From the NCBI RefSeq assembly GCF_035084215.1, contig NC_090337.1:69874001-69938000 (forward strand): DNA of 64,000 nucleotides, in the 5' to 3' direction. The translations under genes and the position numbers were made by a program. This DNA is from Heptranchias perlo. Taxonomy: Eukaryota. The number at the start of each line of letters is the position of its first letter. Within the stretch, counting starts at the first letter, position 1. Positions 63,442 to 64,000 of the stretch are shown one piece after another. The notes under the pieces were generated by a model that worked only from the letters and a program-made list of their open reading frames with translations, was not told the DNA's origin and did not search any database.

Positions 63442-64000
63442 ATATATATAAAGAGGGGTTTATTAATGAGCCTTCGCATCGCCTACATAGAAATACATAG
63501 AAGTTACAACACAGATACAATTCATTCAGCCCAATCAGCCCCTGTTAACATTTACCCTCCACATGAGCAAACAACCCTCATCATGTTTACCCACCCTGTT
63601 CTCACCTTCCTTCGCCAAGTGAGCCTGCCTCATTAACAAGCCCTAGATAGTCTGCGTAATACTTCTATCCCTCTCAACAGTCTTGCCTTCAGCTATGTAC
63701 ATGGACCTGTGCCAAACTGGAAGTACTGGAGTCTGGAGTCACAGAGTCCATGATATGTATATAGGTTATCTGAATCAGATCCACAGAGAGGGCAGTGTAT
63801 CTCCAATAATAGGCGTGCAGTCTGATGATTCAGATTGAAATCAAACGTGTAAATGAAGCAGGTTACAATCGCAGTGTGTCACATTCAAATGAATAAGTGA
63901 TTTTCAAATAAAACTGTTGACCTGCATCTCCACATCACATTCAAATACCACAATTGTCAAGAACATTACTCCCAACAGGCAGCACTAGAGAAATGCCTCA

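Overview
Eukaryotic (vertebrate) genomic DNA, most likely a shark or other elasmobranch, judged from the Deu-domain tRNA-SINE, CR1 and L2 families present. The only host protein-coding sequence I can support is one 682-bp minus-strand exon (31354->30673, canonical AG/GT). It encodes most of the ligand-binding domain and the Cys-rich region of an EphB1 receptor tyrosine kinase (the large exon 3 equivalent). No neighbouring exon was recognised, so the rest of the window appears to be the two flanking introns. About a third of the window is minisatellite: 34-bp, 18/19-bp, 33-bp and a ~12-kb array of a 24-bp unit. Much of the remainder is decayed CR1, L2, a second CR1-group LINE, SINEs and palindromic MITE-like elements, several of them nested. 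Most long ORFs in the track are repeat artefacts. I found no convincing new multi-gene system. The best leads are RNA-level, all in the EphB1 pre-mRNA. (1) The 12-kb array reads on the sense strand as ~500 tandem polypyrimidine-CAG acceptor mimics, followed by a GTAAGT donor, 1.8 kb upstream of the real acceptor. (2) A 239-bp near-perfect inverted duplication lies in the downstream intron. (3) A 40-bp hairpin lies ~440 nt upstream of the exon. Repeat family names and boundaries come from pattern recognition, not database searches.
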